64,000 nucleotides of DNA. Source: a bacterium (GTDB lineage: Bacteria > Patescibacteriota > Minisyncoccia > Phycocordibacterales > UBA6899). Below, one piece after another: positions 17,665 through 25,460 of the stretch (the stretch's first letter is position 1; each line of letters begins with the position of its first letter). A model generated the notes under the pieces. That model was not told the origin of the DNA and made no database searches. It worked only from the letters and a program-made list of their open reading frames with translations. The position numbers and the translations under genes are program-made. Location of the stretch: assembly GCA_043756865.1 (NCBI GenBank), contig JAYUQG010000030.1:94703-158702 (forward strand), in the 5' to 3' direction.

Positions 17665-18198
17665 TTATCCGGATTCGTTTTTGCGTATCATGCGCTGTTC
17701 GCGAATGATGCCGCCTGAGGGCATCTTGAACTCTTCTTCAGTGAAGGTCTCCCCTGTTGCAACAAATCCTAGGCCTTCGTAAAACTTGATAGCAGGATAG
17801 TTGTAGACTGCAGTATCTATCTGCGTGTCTTTGTCTTTATCGAACCATGCGAGTGATTCTGCGAAGAGTGCCTTGCCGATACCCTGACCTTGGTAGTCGG
17901 GCAGAATATATATCGTGTGCATTTCATTGCGCTCCAATCCGCGCTTCAACTTGCTGGTGCCCACAACCACTCCGTCGGCAAGTGCCACAAGTACGCGCTC
18001 GTCACTTTGAATATGTGTGATGGCATACGCACCTCTACGTATACTGTCATCCGTAAACGAATTTTTATATCGATCTTCTATGTCACTTAACAAAATTCCA
18101 AACGCTTCGTTGGGGTAGGTCGCCACCCATGTCTTGTAGTAGACCTCGCGGATTGCCCTCACGTCGTCGGGTTGTGCGTCGCGGATGATGATGTCCAT
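17665..18198 (-). CDS. GNAT-family N-acetyltransferase
   Basis: 177 aa. VVGTSKLKR...YILPDYQGQGIGKALFAESLAWF...AIKFYEGLGF are GNAT motifs A and B. A -10 TATAAT (reverse complement of 18208-18213) ends 9 nt upstream of the ATG, implying a leaderless or near-leaderless transcript. Confidence 0.8.
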   Translation of the reverse strand: MDIIIRDAQPDDVRAIREVYYKTWVATYPNEAFGILLSDIEDRYKNSFTDDSIRRGAYAITHIQSDERVLVALADGVVVGTSKLKRGLERNEMHTIYILPDYQGQGIGKALFAESLAWFDKDKDTQIDTAVYNYPAIKFYEGLGFVATGETFTEEEFKMPSGGIIREQRMIRKNESG

Positions 18199-18245
18199 GT
18201 GGAGTATTATAACCCAGCTCTACAAACTACAAAAATGTAAAAACA

Positions 18246-18317
18246 CCGCTATCTGGCGTTGCCGCTCGAGGACTCACTATTTCTGCGCTTCGCGCTCGAT
18301 GCGGGTGCTTCGCACGA
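18246..18317 (+). repeat. REP-like repeat, copy b
   Basis: ccgctatctggcgttgccgctcgaggactcactatttctgcgcttcgcgctcgatgcgggtgcttcgcacg. It is inverted relative to copy a, so the two copies flank the GNAT gene. Confidence 0.7.
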
Positions 18318-18345
18318 AATAAAAAAACCGCCAAGAGGGCGGTTT
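18316..18345 (-). terminator. Rho-independent terminator (minus strand)
   Basis: The plus-strand sequence AAAAAAACCGCC-aagag-GGCGGTTT, read on the minus strand, gives a stem followed by TTTTTTTATTT. It lies downstream of the gene ending at 18353. Confidence 0.75.
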
Positions 18346-18352
18346 GCTGTGT

Positions 18353-18604
18353 TCAGCGTTTGCTGAAAGTGACGACCTTGTGGAATCGCACAAACCAGTG
18401 GTCATGTGGCCATCGGGCGAGTGAATCGCGAAACACGATGTAGGCAAGTACTCCGATGACGGAAACTGCCGTGCCGAGCCGTGATACCGCATATGCGCCG
18501 TCCGGATAACCGAGAAAAAACAGGGCCACACTTCCGATGCCGACAAGACATAGGGGGATGATGAGCATCCAGCACGCGCTCGCGTAACTACGAACAAAAG
18601 ACAT
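18353..18604 (-). CDS. Small membrane protein, about 83 aa with 2 transmembrane helices
   Basis: ORF-track frame 18353..18739, trimmed to the ATG at 18602-18604 (MSFVRSYASACWMLIIPLCLVGIGSVALFFLGY...). Hydrophobic segments only. Confidence 0.4.
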   Translation of the reverse strand: MSFVRSYASACWMLIIPLCLVGIGSVALFFLGYPDGAYAVSRLGTAVSVIGVLAYIVFRDSLARWPHDHWFVRFHKVVTFSKR

Positions 18605-18665
18605 ATGATCCTCTCTCTTAGTGAACAACCTTGCACCATACTTCCAGAAAACGCGTGCACGGTCA

Positions 18666-18690
18666 ACAAAAAAGCGGCCTATTAGGCCGC
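18666..18690 (-). terminator. Rho-independent terminator (minus strand)
   Basis: GCGGCC (18674-18679), loop TATTA, GGCCGC (18685-18690), preceded on the plus strand by CAAAAAA, which reads as a T-run on the minus strand. Confidence 0.65.
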
Positions 18691-18957
18691 GAGTGCGTGA
18701 GTGGTGTGTACAACAATCTTCGGGACCAGCCGTTTGCACGCAGTGCGCAACTTTTGGTACCGCAAATGGTCAACCATCATGCGCTTTTGCAGGTCGATGC
18801 GAAAGCGAACGACTTCTCCGTGCGACTTTCCTTCCACGAGGACAAGGGGGCTCGATAGTGCGCCCTTCTTCTTGCCACTGTACGTGACCTTGGTCGGGGT
18901 GAAGTACTTGCTGCGCGAGAACTTCGCAGGAAAAGCGATATTATGCCATTTTGCCAT
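18682..18957 (-). CDS. Small basic hypothetical protein, about 91 aa
   Basis: ORF-track frame 18682..19020, trimmed to the ATG at 18955-18957 (MAKWHNIAFPAKFSRSKYFTPTKVTYSGKKKG...) because the RBS GAAGGAAA sits 5 nt upstream. Could not be assigned to L19, L24 or IF-1 (see rejected). Confidence 0.3.
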   Translation of the reverse strand: MAKWHNIAFPAKFSRSKYFTPTKVTYSGKKKGALSSPLVLVEGKSHGEVVRFRIDLQKRMMVDHLRYQKLRTACKRLVPKIVVHTTHALAA

Positions 18958-19067
18958 TGTTTCCTTCAGTCTGTCTGGTGTGCCTCGCGCTATCCTAGGC
19001 CATGTGGCGAAAATTTTCAAGGAGAAAAAACCACGTGCGTGCTGCGCGTGGTTTGCTGGTTGGGATT

Positions 19068-19745
19068 TCAGTATCCCCCGTTTGTGCTGGCCGGTGCGCC
19101 CGTCACGATGGCGATGCTTTTCGATGACCCGATGCGCGTTGCACCTGCGTCGATGAGTGCTTTTGCCACTTCATATGTGCTGACATCTTTTGAAGCTTTG
19201 ACAATCATAGTTGGGCCAACAACTGCACGCATCAGTCGGATGTCCGCGACCGTTGCACCCGGTCCGGATGCGAATCCGGAACACGTTTTCACGCCGTCAG
19301 CGACTGCTTCTTGGGCGAGTGTGCAAGCCAGTCGTTTTTCGTCGTCGGTGAGTAGTGCAGTCTCGATGATGACTTTGAGTATTGCACCCTCAGCATGTAC
19401 GGTACGCGCAAGTGCGTTAATCTCATTCCTCACGTATTCCACATCTCCTGACTTCAGGCGCCCGACGTTGATGACCATATCGAGTTCGTCGGCACCGTCA
19501 CTGAGAGCAATCTTCCCCTCCGCAATTTTCGCTCCGCTCGACATCGCACCAAGCGGAAAGCCGATAACCGCACAGACAGCAACTACGCTTCCCGCGAGCA
19601 ACTTTTTGACCTGCGGAACATATGAAGAATTCACACAGACGCTGGCAAAGCCGTACTGTAATGCTTCCATGCAAAGTGTGGTGATTTGTTCGGGCGTCGC
19701 ATCCGGCTTGAGTAGTGTGTGGTCAATATACTGGGCAATCTTCAT
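19068..19745 (-). CDS. deoC: Deoxyribose-phosphate aldolase
   Basis: DHTLLKPDAT, ASVCVN, GFPLG, ELDMVINVG and the KVIIET block are the DeoC class I aldolase signature. The antisense ORF 18943..19797 is a shadow ORF. Confidence 0.8.
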   Translation of the reverse strand: MKIAQYIDHTLLKPDATPEQITTLCMEALQYGFASVCVNSSYVPQVKKLLAGSVVAVCAVIGFPLGAMSSGAKIAEGKIALSDGADELDMVINVGRLKSGDVEYVRNEINALARTVHAEGAILKVIIETALLTDDEKRLACTLAQEAVADGVKTCSGFASGPGATVADIRLMRAVVGPTMIVKASKDVSTYEVAKALIDAGATRIGSSKSIAIVTGAPASTNGGY

Positions 19746-20173
19746 GCCTTTTCTCCTTGGGGTGGCAATGGGGGAACCTTTCCAGTATCTATACTAATCG
19801 CATTTTCGTTTTTCGCTAGTGGCGCACTGCTAGTGGTGGGCAACTCATCAGGGAGACCCATGATTTCTTTTATCCGCTTCGCAATATCGAACTGACCCCG
19901 CGCGACCTTGATGTTGTATCCACGACGTGCAGCGTCCATGGCGAGCTTTGATTTTAAGAAATAGGGGTCAATGCGAAATACGGTTTTTGTCATCTCGACA
20001 TTGTCTATTCCCCCTGAGCGGAGTGCGGAAAGATAGCGCTGCTGTCCAATCTCTTTAAATACCGTTGAGCCTTTTTGTTCGGGCGTAAGTGCCCAAATAG
20101 CCCGGACGAGCGGTTCTTCTTCTGCGACCTGAAGGAGCCATTGTATTTGCTTGTCTATTTCGGCCTTATTCAT
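19742..20173 (-). CDS. Hypothetical protein, 143 aa, translationally coupled to deoC
   Basis: ORF-track frame 19742..20197, trimmed to the ATG at 20171-20173 (MNKAEIDKQIQWLL...). A 4-nt overlap with the deoC start. No confident family. Confidence 0.4.
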   Translation of the reverse strand: MNKAEIDKQIQWLLQVAEEEPLVRAIWALTPEQKGSTVFKEIGQQRYLSALRSGGIDNVEMTKTVFRIDPYFLKSKLAMDAARRGYNIKVARGQFDIAKRIKEIMGLPDELPTTSSAPLAKNENAISIDTGKVPPLPPQGEKA

Positions 20174-20257
20174 ACTTATATAGTAACACCCTGCCATAAA
20201 TTAAGAAGTGGCGTATGGTAACAAAAAATGCCCACTTGAGGGGGCATTGATCTGGTG

Positions 20258-20752
20258 CTATTGCAGCACCTTTCCGTTCTCGCCAATACAGAGAAATCCC
20301 ATTACTGCGAAGATTTCTTCTTCGGTCATACCCTGACTTCGCCCTTCTCGGAGAACCCATGCGGCATACTCCGTTTCTGGAAGCATCTGAATGTGTTCTG
20401 GTATCCAACCTTCCGCCATGTCGGTTCCCCAGCTTGCGGTTATCGGCTTTTGGCAAAAACGAAAGTACTGTGCGACACCCCAGAGCGCGTGTGACAAATC
20501 AAGAATAATGGCGGGCAGATTGTCAGTGAGTGAAAGTTCTTCTTCCACAAAAATTGCACCGCGCAAGAGTTCAAGCGTGTCCTCATCGAGCATGCTCGGC
20601 ACAAGCTTGGTTGCGAGTGTGCCATCGAGGGCGGCCACGAGGGCGTTCTCTTCGATGAGCTCGTCGAGGCGTTCGCAGAACATGGACTCCGCTTCCGATG
20701 AAAATGCAATCACATCCTCAATGTTCATTACGTCCTCAAGTTCATGTGCCAT
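20258..20752 (-). CDS. Acidic hypothetical protein, paralogue A (164 aa)
   Basis: Shares CERLDELI, ALWGVAQYFRFC, SWGTDM, PETEYAAW and GMTEEEIFAVMGFL blocks with paralogue B (20845..21339). Has its own RBS AGGAG and a -10 GATAAT 28 nt upstream of the ATG. Confidence 0.6.
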   Translation of the reverse strand: MAHELEDVMNIEDVIAFSSEAESMFCERLDELIEENALVAALDGTLATKLVPSMLDEDTLELLRGAIFVEEELSLTDNLPAIILDLSHALWGVAQYFRFCQKPITASWGTDMAEGWIPEHIQMLPETEYAAWVLREGRSQGMTEEEIFAVMGFLCIGENGKVLQ

Positions 20753-20811
20753 ACATTACACTCCTAGGTTATCTTTTTTTATTATCCATGAAGTTTGTGG
20801 GGTGGCAAGCA

Positions 20812-20835
20812 ATATGAGCGAAGAAAAAACCCGCG
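20812..20835 (-). terminator. Rho-independent terminator between the two paralogues
   Basis: The plus-strand sequence AAAAAACCCGC-gtgaa-GCGGG, read on the minus strand, gives GCCCGC-TTCAC-GCGGG followed by TTTTTT. Confidence 0.7.
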
Positions 20836-20844
20836 TGAAGCGGG

Positions 20845-21339
20845 CTATTGTTCGACACCGAAGCCATCGTGGTAGAGATACTCGAACAATGCGAATATTT
20901 CAGTTTCATTCATTCCGCGCGCTGCCGCGAGGTGTGCAATACATGCGCTGTACTCAGCATCAGGCAGGTCATTCAACTCATCGGAAAGTCCGAAATCGTG
21001 CATATCCGTAGCCCACGACTCTTTGATTTCCTCGTCACAAAAATAGAAGTACTGCGCGATTCCGTAGAGTGCACGGAAGAGCACATTCAAAATATGTGCG
21101 GTGTCCCCTGTTTTGTAAATCTCGAGATCAACATATCCGGAATACGCAATGAGATCCCAATCTCCATCTTCGAGCATGTCGGGAATAAGTTGTCGGTGAA
21201 TTGTGTCATCGATGACCGAAAGCAGAGTGTTGCCCCCAATGAGCTCATCGAGGCGTTCACACAACAACGTCTGCGCGCGCTCGTCCTCTTTCACTAGCTC
21301 GTCAATGTCCTCGGGAATATCCGGAGGCTTTTTCGACAT
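20845..21339 (-). CDS. Acidic hypothetical protein, paralogue B (164 aa)
   Basis: Blocks CERLDELI, ALYGIAQYFYFC, SWATDM, PDAEYSAC and GMNETEIFALFEYL are homologous to paralogue A. RBS GGAGG 5 nt upstream of the ATG; -10 GATAAT 28 nt upstream. Confidence 0.6.
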   Translation of the reverse strand: MSKKPPDIPEDIDELVKEDERAQTLLCERLDELIGGNTLLSVIDDTIHRQLIPDMLEDGDWDLIAYSGYVDLEIYKTGDTAHILNVLFRALYGIAQYFYFCDEEIKESWATDMHDFGLSDELNDLPDAEYSACIAHLAAARGMNETEIFALFEYLYHDGFGVEQ

Positions 21340-21400
21340 GTGACCTCCGTTGATTGCATCTGGGTTAATTATCCATGGAATGGCGGGGGCGTAAAGAAAT

Positions 21401-21634
21401 CTATCTGGCGTTGGCTATCTGGTGTTACCGCAAGCGGACTTGCTTTCTCGGGCGCTTCGCGCTCAATGCAGCGCTGCACGCCAGTACAGTCAAATATTTA
21501 TCGATTTATCGAGATGTAAAAAAGCCCGTCAGAGACGGGCTTTGTTAAATTGAGACGACGTATCGTCTCGATGAATGAAATATACACCCTGTGAAGAATT
21601 ATGCAAGAGGTGGGTGTGGATAATTTGTGGATAG
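21401..21634 (+). repeat. Composite direct repeat DR1, about 234 bp: REP-like copy c, a terminator-like hairpin, the palindrome GAGACGA-cgta-TCGTCTC, and TGTGGATAA-tt-TGTGGATAG
   Basis: Near-identical to 24082-24308 apart from a roughly 30-bp central segment. The two terminal boxes match the reverse complement of the DnaA-box consensus (TTATCCACA). Confidence 0.8.
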
Positions 21635-21639
21635 CTGTT

Positions 21640-21716
21640 TGGCGTTGACTATCTGGCGTTGTCGCTCGAGGACTCACTATCTCGGGCGCTACGCGCTTAT
21701 TGCAGCGCTACGCGCG
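21640..21716 (+). repeat. REP-like repeat, copy d
   Basis: ttggcgttgactatctggcgttgtcgctcgaggactcactatctcgggcgctacgcgcttattgcagcgctacgcgcg. Directly abuts the left end of the insertion sequence. Confidence 0.7.
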
Positions 21717-21730
21717 AAGAGGCGATGGCG

Positions 21731-22667
21731 TAATCCCACCAATACCTTGGAATCACTTTGTTAATAACTCCTGTGGCGCACGCAGAGAAATCCCCATGTG
21801 CAACCGCTTTGTATTGTAGTATGGCAAATATTTCTTGAGTGCACCATTGAATGCTTCAGGCGTGCGCGATTGCTTGTCGAGACACTCTTCCTGGAGTGTA
21901 CGATTCATCCGCTCCACATGTGCATTATCGTTCGGTTTCCCAACTCGAGTATAGCGATGCTCTTTCTTGATCTGCTCCACAAACCATTTCCCAAACTCTG
22001 GACCATGATCACTCTGGAGCATGCGGAATCGAAATGACGCACGTCGCTCCGCTGCGCGCACAAAGCGGAGCGTGGTTGCTGCGTTCATTCGTTGATAGGA
22101 CTTCGCATATACCCAACGTGAGTACACATCAATGAGCACAAAGGTATACATGCGCACCTTCGCACTCTGCATGGTGTGGATGGTGTCAATTTGCACCAAA
22201 TCCCCAGCTTTCTGTGGCATCGGTCGCTGCACGGGTGGATGATACCGCTTGAGGTGACTGCGCTTCTTCATGAGTCCGTGGCGATCGATAGTGCGACGCA
22301 CGGAGTTGAGTGACACCGTGATACCCTCACGCAAGAGCTGTGCATGTACAATCTCACTCGTACGTCCGTGCATCATACGCAGTGTGACGATACGTCTCAC
22401 GATATGCTCATTCAACTGCCTTGCGTGACCGTGTGGGCGTGAAGATCTTGTGGGGATGGGATGATGGCCAATCTTTTTTGCACGTTGCACCCACTTCGTC
22501 ACTGTTCCTGGGGTAATTCCGAAGTGTCGACTCGCTGGTCGCACGCTGTGGCGCAACGCATAGTATGCGACATCTCTGCGTAGGCGAGGCATATATGGAT
22601 TTTGTGTGTATGGCATAACCTGATTTTAGTACAGGTGTTTCCAAGGTATTGAGATATTACGCGGTGG
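21731..22667 (-). mobile_element. IS481-family insertion sequence, about 0.94 kb; boundaries approximate
   Basis: A single rve (DDE) transposase ORF, flanked by imperfect terminal inverted repeats. The left end is CCACCAATACCTTGGAATCAC (21736-21756). The reverse complement of the right end (22633-22667) is CCACCgcgtaatatctcAATACCTTGGAAACAC. Confidence 0.55.
21753..22616 (-). CDS. IS481-family transposase (DDE/rve integrase core)
   Basis: 287 aa. N-terminal HTH (RHFGITPGTVTKWVQR), then the DDE core with LIDVYSRWV, MLQSDHGPEF and KPNDNAHVERMNRTLQEE. Confidence 0.85.
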   Translation of the reverse strand: MPYTQNPYMPRLRRDVAYYALRHSVRPASRHFGITPGTVTKWVQRAKKIGHHPIPTRSSRPHGHARQLNEHIVRRIVTLRMMHGRTSEIVHAQLLREGITVSLNSVRRTIDRHGLMKKRSHLKRYHPPVQRPMPQKAGDLVQIDTIHTMQSAKVRMYTFVLIDVYSRWVYAKSYQRMNAATTLRFVRAAERRASFRFRMLQSDHGPEFGKWFVEQIKKEHRYTRVGKPNDNAHVERMNRTLQEECLDKQSRTPEAFNGALKKYLPYYNTKRLHMGISLRAPQELLTK

Positions 22668-22770
22668 TTGACATATATGTATTTTTGTGCTAACATAACG
22701 TCGGCTGTAAACGGGTGCATTTCGTGCCCAGCCTTGATAACTTCTTCACCAACCCCAAGGAGAGATTCAC

Positions 22771-23097
22771 ATGGAAGGTATGATTCGCGCACTGCAACCC
22801 GACATCATGGGCTACGTCGGACTACTCACGGCCGCACTCGTGGTCTTCGTCGGCTTCATGTATGCCGCCAGCAAGCTGGTGTCAACACGTACCGGCACCG
22901 AAGAACAAGCGCGCTCCACCCGTCGCATCGGTCGCAACATCGCGCTCGCGCTCGTCGCGCTGACGCTCCTCGCTGCGGTGTACCGTGTCGCGACCTACTC
23001 GGCCGTGAACCGTGTGCCCAGGAACGACGTCGACGGCTCGGCGGTCTACGACCGTATGAAGCAGAACGCCGAACCCACTCCCCCCGCTTCCCGCTGA
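22771..23097 (+). CDS. Small membrane protein, 108 aa with 2 transmembrane helices
   Basis: Hydrophobic helices GYVGLLTAALVVFVGFMYAA and IALALVALTLLAAVY. RBS AAGGAG 8 nt upstream. GC-rich. Confidence 0.5.
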   Translation: MEGMIRALQPDIMGYVGLLTAALVVFVGFMYAASKLVSTRTGTEEQARSTRRIGRNIALALVALTLLAAVYRVATYSAVNRVPRNDVDGSAVYDRMKQNAEPTPPASR

Positions 23098-23125
23098 ACC
23101 ACCCATCCAACACAAGGAGTTCCTG

Positions 23126-24031
23126 ATGAAACTGCAATCACTCTCGCGCGTTCTCGCGGTTGCCGCGCTCGCCATTCTCTCGGCCTGCGGTAATCAGACG
23201 TACATCGGCGTTCCGCCGAACTACATCGGAATGATGCTCACACCCACTGGCTACGAAGACAAGGTCTACACGCCTGGGCAAGTCGACATTGGTGCACAGC
23301 GCCAGAGCGGCATGGGCAACCAGCTCGTCCTGATTCAGCGGAGCGGCCTCCAAGTCAAGGAAGCATTCGTTGGCGCTGCGGCAAGCTCGGACAAGGAAGA
23401 CCATCGCTGTGTTTCCGCCGACGGGTTGCCGTTCACCATCGATGTGCGTCTCCTGCTAGCCATTCCGAACTACGAGACGCCGGCAGGTCAAGTCGACCTG
23501 AAACGCCTCTTCCTTTTAGGCAATCCTCAAGCCAAAGATGGCAACGCCCGTGTGCTCACCCTCGATGCGAAGAGCATCTACAACGAGCAAGCGCAGGCAG
23601 ACGTCCGTGGACGTATCCGCCAAGTCTGCCGACAACTCGCCAATTACAAGGCAGCGTTTGCAGCCTTCGGCGCCGAAGGTGACGCAAGTCTCTCTCGCAG
23701 GTTCGAGAAGGAAGTGGCCGCCGTGCTCAAGATGAAGAGCATCCCGCTCGGCATCGTGAATGTCGAGGTCTCCAACCTGAAGCCCGACCAAGCGGTCATG
23801 GACGCACTCGTGCAACAAGCTGCCGTCCAAGAGCAGCAAACCGCAATCAGCAACATGGTCAACTACCTATCGGGCGATCCGATGCGTCTCGAGGTTTACC
23901 GCATCCAAGTGGGGCGCGAAGTTGCCATGAAGGCCACCACAGTCATCTACAACCAGAGCAGCGGCAACATCGTTCCCGTCCCACGCGCTGTGGCAGCGGC
24001 ACCTGCACCTGCGGTCGAAGCCAAGAAGTAA
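23126..24031 (+). CDS. Lipoprotein, 301 aa; possibly SPFH/band-7-like (uncertain)
   Basis: Signal peptide with a lipobox, LAILSAC-G. RBS AAGGAG 6 nt upstream. GC-rich. Followed by a terminator. Confidence 0.55.
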   Translation: MKLQSLSRVLAVAALAILSACGNQTYIGVPPNYIGMMLTPTGYEDKVYTPGQVDIGAQRQSGMGNQLVLIQRSGLQVKEAFVGAAASSDKEDHRCVSADGLPFTIDVRLLLAIPNYETPAGQVDLKRLFLLGNPQAKDGNARVLTLDAKSIYNEQAQADVRGRIRQVCRQLANYKAAFAAFGAEGDASLSRRFEKEVAAVLKMKSIPLGIVNVEVSNLKPDQAVMDALVQQAAVQEQQTAISNMVNYLSGDPMRLEVYRIQVGREVAMKATTVIYNQSSGNIVPVPRAVAAAPAPAVEAKK

Positions 24032-24053
24032 CAAGAAGAAGCACAAGTTCCAC

Positions 24054-24078
24054 AAGCCACCCTCGGGTGGCTTTTTTG
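24054..24078 (+). terminator. Rho-independent terminator
   Basis: AAGCCACCC (24054-24062), loop TCG, GGGTGGCTT (24066-24074), then TTTTTT. Confidence 0.8.
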
Positions 24079-24081
24079 CTG

Positions 24082-24308
24082 CCTGGCGTTGTCTATCTGG
24101 TGTTACCGCAAGCGGACTTGCTTTCTCGGGCGCTTTGCGCTCAATGCAGCGCTACGCGCCGAGTAAAGAATAGTTTCAAAATCGAGGCGTAAAAAAGCCC
24201 GTCAGGTGACGGGCTTTGTTAAATTGAGACGACGTATCGTCTCGATGAATGAAATATACACCCTGTGAAGAATTATGCAAGAGGTGGGTGTGCATAACTT
24301 GTGGATAG
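24082..24308 (+). repeat. Composite direct repeat DR2, about 227 bp, homologous to DR1 (includes REP-like copy e)
   Basis: cctggcgttgtctatctggtgttaccgcaagcggacttgctttctcgggcgctttgcgctcaatgcagcgctacgcgcc ... gtaaaaaagcccgtcaggtgacgggctttgttaaattgagacgacgtatcgtctcgatgaatgaaatatacaccctgtgaagaattatgcaagaggtgggtgtgcataacttgtggatag. Confidence 0.8.
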
Positions 24309-24329
24309 AGCGAGTAGATAGAAACCGCT

Positions 24330-25394
24330 TCACGGGGAAGCGGCTGAAGAACGGGTGACGCGGAAGAAGCGGAGGTGATTCATTTCTATCGGGTCGATCT
24401 CACGGAGCCATGTACCGTGTGAGCGGTCATACGCCCCCCTGATGCGGGCACCAGTTTCATTTTCCTGACCATGGATACGAGCACGCACCCACGCGATGTC
24501 TTCCACAAGCTCCCTGCGATGCTTGAGTTCCCACTCGTGCGAGCGAAGCTGGTCTTTTGTGAAGCTCTTTCCCGATCGACGCTCTTTTTCATGCTCGGCA
24601 ATTCTCCATTCATTGCGCTTTTGACCTTCGAGCGTGTTGTGGAGCAAGGTGTGATATTGAGCGAGATATTTTTTTGCTGCGGAAGCACCCTCGATGATGT
24701 AAAGCTCAAACATCGGAAAATGTTTTGCGAGTAGTGAGAGTGCGTACTCGATGCAGGGTGCAGGAAGCTTGTAGAGGAATCGATTCCCCTTCTCCTTCTT
24801 CATCTGCACCTGCGTCAAAAAAATTTTTCGGCCTTTAGCGAACGTGCATCCGAGCGTCATCACATGCTCGCTACGGTAATACACCATGAAGCCGAACACA
24901 CCATCGAGGAAAAGATTGCGGTCATGTTCCGAGCGACCACACTCGTTACTTCCCGTTGTATGCGTGAGTGTCACCTCAAAATCAGAAACTCCAAACGAGA
25001 AGTGCTTGATACCATTGTATGCATCAACGAGCGTGTTCCATTCTTCGCGAATGTCGCTACTGCCCCACCGCCAGAGTGAGCTGCGAATCTTCTCGAAGAT
25101 GCGGTACTCCGGGACTTCGTCAAAACGACGCTGTAGCTCGCGAGACCTGAACATGAAGATTGTACTGGCCTTCATCTTCACTATCTCGGTGATGCTGAAT
25201 TGGTCGTAATACTCCGTCGGGTAGCTGTGCACTTCGCTAAAGATGTCGTTGCCCTTTGGGACGTCATCGGGGTCGACAAACACTGCCGCTGTACGCTCGC
25301 AAAATCTTTCGATAGTCCGAGATGGCAATACATCGTCTGGGATATGAGTTGGCTCTTCCTTGTAGGTGGAGAGCGGAATTCCTTTTAACTCCAT
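24330..25394 (-). CDS. Hypothetical protein, 354 aa, with a strong dedicated promoter
   Basis: RBS AAAGGAGGG 4 nt upstream. A consensus promoter lies immediately upstream. No confident family; it could be a GNAT-fold acyltransferase but this is unproven. Confidence 0.55.
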   Translation of the reverse strand: MELKGIPLSTYKEEPTHIPDDVLPSRTIERFCERTAAVFVDPDDVPKGNDIFSEVHSYPTEYYDQFSITEIVKMKASTIFMFRSRELQRRFDEVPEYRIFEKIRSSLWRWGSSDIREEWNTLVDAYNGIKHFSFGVSDFEVTLTHTTGSNECGRSEHDRNLFLDGVFGFMVYYRSEHVMTLGCTFAKGRKIFLTQVQMKKEKGNRFLYKLPAPCIEYALSLLAKHFPMFELYIIEGASAAKKYLAQYHTLLHNTLEGQKRNEWRIAEHEKERRSGKSFTKDQLRSHEWELKHRRELVEDIAWVRARIHGQENETGARIRGAYDRSHGTWLREIDPIEMNHLRFFRVTRSSAASP

Positions 25395-25430
25395 GATTCC
25401 CTCCTTTCAGTGAGAAGAACAGATAGATTT

Positions 25431-25459
25431 ATTATACGTAATTAATTTTGATTTGTCAA
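25431..25459 (-). promoter_or_regulatory. Consensus sigma-70 promoter (TTGACA-N17-TATAAT) for gene 24330..25394
   Basis: Reverse complement of 25454-25459 is TTGACA and of 25431-25436 is TATAAT, with a 17-nt spacer. Confidence 0.65.
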
Positions 25460-25460
25460 T

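Noticed and set aside
18682-18957. Ribosomal protein L19, L24 or IF-1 assignment for the 91-aa basic protein
   Set aside because: Only a vague resemblance (a GKKKG stretch). The conserved L19, L24 and IF-1 blocks do not align. Left as hypothetical.
18943-19797. 284-aa plus-strand ORF
   Set aside because: It is antisense to deoC, which has clear DeoC motifs.
21601-24310. Chromosomal replication origin, suggested by the tandem DnaA boxes
   Set aside because: Only two boxes per site, embedded in a dispersed repeat. No dnaA or dnaN gene nearby. No AT-rich DNA-unwinding element.
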